Of a stretch of DNA of 64,000 bases, positions 61,062 to 64,000 are shown piece after piece (within the stretch, counting starts at the first letter, position 1; each line of letters starts with the position of its first letter). Made by a program: the position numbers and the translations under genes. The notes below the pieces were generated by a model. It was not told the DNA's origin. It saw only the letters and a program-made list of their open reading frames with translations, and made no database searches. Origin of the DNA: Ascidiella aspersa (lineage: Eukaryota); the NCBI GenBank assembly GCA_963924565.1, contig OZ004613.1, positions 15,500,001-15,564,000 of the forward strand, in the 5' to 3' direction.

Positions 61062-61926
61062 CACATGTGTGTTTTTATTTTTGTATACCTACTGTATCCA
61101 TATTTCTATTTATTGTCTGTGCCATCCTTGTCTTGAATGTTTTGTTTGGTAAACCATAAAATAAATGATATGTGGATTTATTTATAGATGCGTATCATCT
61201 ACGTTTTTCCCTGTTGAGCTGGTTACTAAATAGTCTAACAAGCCTTTTAGCGATTAAGTTACATATTTTTTTAGATTGCAAGAAAAACATAAAATTTTGC
61301 CTAATTGCCCTTTAGGAAATTAAAATCTCAAGGGAATTCAATGTCCAATTCCTTACGAACATTTCGCTAAACTTCTCAAGTAAATCACATCACGCTGTTA
61401 AACTTTTTAAAATCTATTGACTTGACCCCCAAATAAGAAATATGATCTTAGCAGGGGTGAATTCCGTATTTTGTTTGTGAGACCACGGGAACAACATGAC
61501 GCTTTAAAATAAATGTCGTGCGCAAATCTGCAACTAAACCAAGAATAAAAGCATTTAACGATAGGGCGACAAAAGCCTTAGCTGAGCCTATGGATGTTAG
61601 TAAACTGTCAACTTTGTGTAAAGTTAAACAAGTTTCGCTCAAAGCGATGTAAACGATCTCAGGGATCGAGTTTGTTTTCTTTTTGGAGAATATGAAGTTC
61701 TATGTTTAGAAATATGTCATTCTGTGTTGCTACACTTTGGTAAAACGTGTAGCAAACATATAAATATATAAAAAGTACTAGTTTTATAGCCTCGGGCAAA
61801 TCATTTGTCTGATTATCGGTTTGACGTAGACTCGCTTTCTAAAGAAATAACTGATTTAGTCAGCGGTAACACCAAAGCACGATTCTGCAGCAGCACATTG
61901 ATATAATATAATTTTAGTTTGGAAAA

Positions 61927-63951
61927 ATGTCGGCCAAGCAACATTCTTGTGTTACGTTGTTGTATTTGTTGTCATTTGCAATCTGCGTTAAGTGCCAGTC
62001 ATCGCTTGTAGGTGAGATTTTTTAAATGTAAACTACCGGCGTCAATATGTAAGAATAGCTATTGTAAAGCCTGTCTTATAAGTGATATTTGTCCGCATAT
62101 AAAATAATAATAAAACTATGGAGATAATGACATAATGTGTTGAAATTTGTATTAACATAACCTTAAATTAACCTTTTATTATATACTTTCAGCAAATTGT
62201 TACGACCTGGCCACATATTCGTATTGTGTGAACTTATATAGGTTTGGCTGTCCTGAACAATACAATGCATATTGTCGATACACGTGTGGTCTGTGTTCTG
62301 TTCCACTCGGAGGTAACGCTTAATTGTTAACATTGTTTTTTTCGTTTTGATTTTCTTTATACATCCTATAATAAAGGCTGTACAATGTGTACATAATTAT
62401 ATGGCAATTATTGGAAACAGAGACATTCAATACTCAACCGGAGATACAAACGACCAGCACATCGAGACCTCTACAGGCAACAACCATAACTAAAGAAACA
62501 ACAGCGACTACCGCTACCACTGCAACCACAGAAGAAACGCTTGAACCACGATTAATGGGACTTCGTGTTGAAAATATCGAGTCTCTGTTTTACAACTTTA
62601 AATCAACAGTCGAACAGAGGCTTGTCAATATAAGTTTGATCATAAATTCCCTAACCGGTGAGGAATTTGTTTTTACATAGACGTATCGATATGCGGCGAT
62701 AAAATTTAAACAAATAAGCCTCTATTATATTATTTATTGATCAAGAGATTTTCCTGTGCGAAATAGGTTGAGGTGACTTGTACGAAAGTAGTTAGTTTTC
62801 ACGCGTTGGCATCCAACTAGGAATATTTACTTTCGCAGAGTGCTTGCGCTGCAGCAGGTGAAAGTAGAACAATTTTCTTACCAGAACGCATGAAAGCTAT
62901 TATAAATGATGTCACAATAAACGAACCTCATAGTGCATGCAACTTTAAAAGTGTTTTGCTTAGCGTTCGATGTCGTGCACCAATATATGAATTCAAATTT
63001 AAACAAGGCAAAATAGTTTAGGGACATGGCCTGTTAACAACAGAACATATTTTCACCGGAACTTTTTACCGGTAATAATTGTTTTATCGAACGCAGTTCC
63101 AAGCCGCTCTGGCCTATTTTCGCCACTGTGCTACAGTCGTTAAATGCACACAAGCTGCATCAATGTAAACTACTGTGTTGCTTTTGAAGATTTCACATTT
63201 TAGCATTGCTATCAAAATAAATATTAAACTTATAAAATTGGTGAATGCGTTCTATTCTGGTCAATATTTCACATAGTAAACACCAAAAAAAACTAACCCA
63301 ATAGAAAGGTAATATTAAACATTGTGTTTGAATAATCCCATTTTACTAAAATGTATTCAAACAAGTCATTTTCATAAATGGGTTGAAGTCAAAAGATTTA
63401 AATTAAATCAAGTCCTTTGAAAACATTCAAACGCTGTCAATCGTTCTTAGGCCTAATAAAAGGTTTTTTGGCAGTAGCAAGGTTGCGTGAGGCTATATGT
63501 AAACCCAAAACTAAAAGTTTCCCTAACCGACCTGTCCATTTCCGTTTTTCCAATTGATCTGGTTAAAAAGCTTAATGAATTTTGTTAATATTATTTATAT
63601 ATATAAATAATATTAACAAAATTCATTAAGCTTTTTTTTAAGCTTTTAATATATATATTGAGCTTTATTTGGAACTATTTGACTTAATTCAAATTGACGA
63701 CATAATTCAAATTAATAACTTGTTTAAATAGCAACTTTTCAGAAAGACAGTTTCTTGAAAGAGTGCGGAACCCATATTTGACCAGGACTATATAATACAA
63801 CAGTCAACATTTTTCCTTTTGTTTAGTTTTGTAGCCCTTTTCCCTACGAGTATCTCTACTTTAGGTGCTCCTGGGGTAAGCGAAAGTTACGTTCAAGAGA
63901 TTGTACAATCTTCAGTAGAAAACATCAAGAACGACATTGTACAGCTTAAAG
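61927..63951 (+). CDS. Secreted protein, 3'-incomplete: signal peptide, ShK/ShKT domain, Thr-rich mucin-like linker, coiled-coil-like segments
   Basis: Exons 61927-62011, 62193-62312, 62421-62657 and 63865-63951, all with phase-1 introns and in frame. CYD...C...C...CRYTCGLC follows the ShK six-Cys pattern. The last donor at 63952 continues beyond the window. Confidence 0.82.
63565..63636. repeat. Perfect 72-bp spacerless palindrome
   Basis: aaaaagcttaatgaattttgttaatattatttatat is followed immediately by its exact reverse complement. Confidence 0.95.
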
Positions 63952-64000
63952 GTACGCAACTCGTGTCTTAATTCATTGTTTCTCAGCCTTTTATGGCTAG

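Noticed and set aside
60940-61152. 70-aa ORF with a hydrophobic Cys-rich end as a TM anchor for the LCCL protein
   Set aside because: Different frame from the LCCL exon, which stops at 61061.

Overview
AT-rich, compact-intron animal genomic DNA. The gene content and intron style suggest an invertebrate chordate, probably an ascidian; this is an inference. I reconstructed eight GT-AG spliced or single-exon genes by hand, and every junction is in frame. Minus strand: a 702-aa Ser-rich orphan with PPxY and C-terminal PDZ-type motifs, a two-TM orphan, a TspanC8 tetraspanin (TSPAN5/17-like), and a 371-aa sushi-Ig-Ig type I receptor that the ORF track largely misses. Plus strand: a BACE aspartyl protease, PLA2G6/iPLA2-beta, and two adjacent secreted modular proteins (signal-PLAC-coiled coil-LCCL, and signal-ShK-mucin-coiled coil, which runs off the window). 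The introns carry many DNA transposons: a decayed Buster-type hAT, hAT MITEs with 8-bp TSDs, GG-ended palindromic MITEs, and a 5.4-kb CCCAG...CTGGG element with two different ACGT-rich subterminal tandem arrays, nested inside another repeat. There is no CRISPR array or prokaryotic system. The best novelty candidates are the sushi-Ig receptor, the PLAC/ShK-LCCL gene pair and the array-bearing 5.4-kb element.
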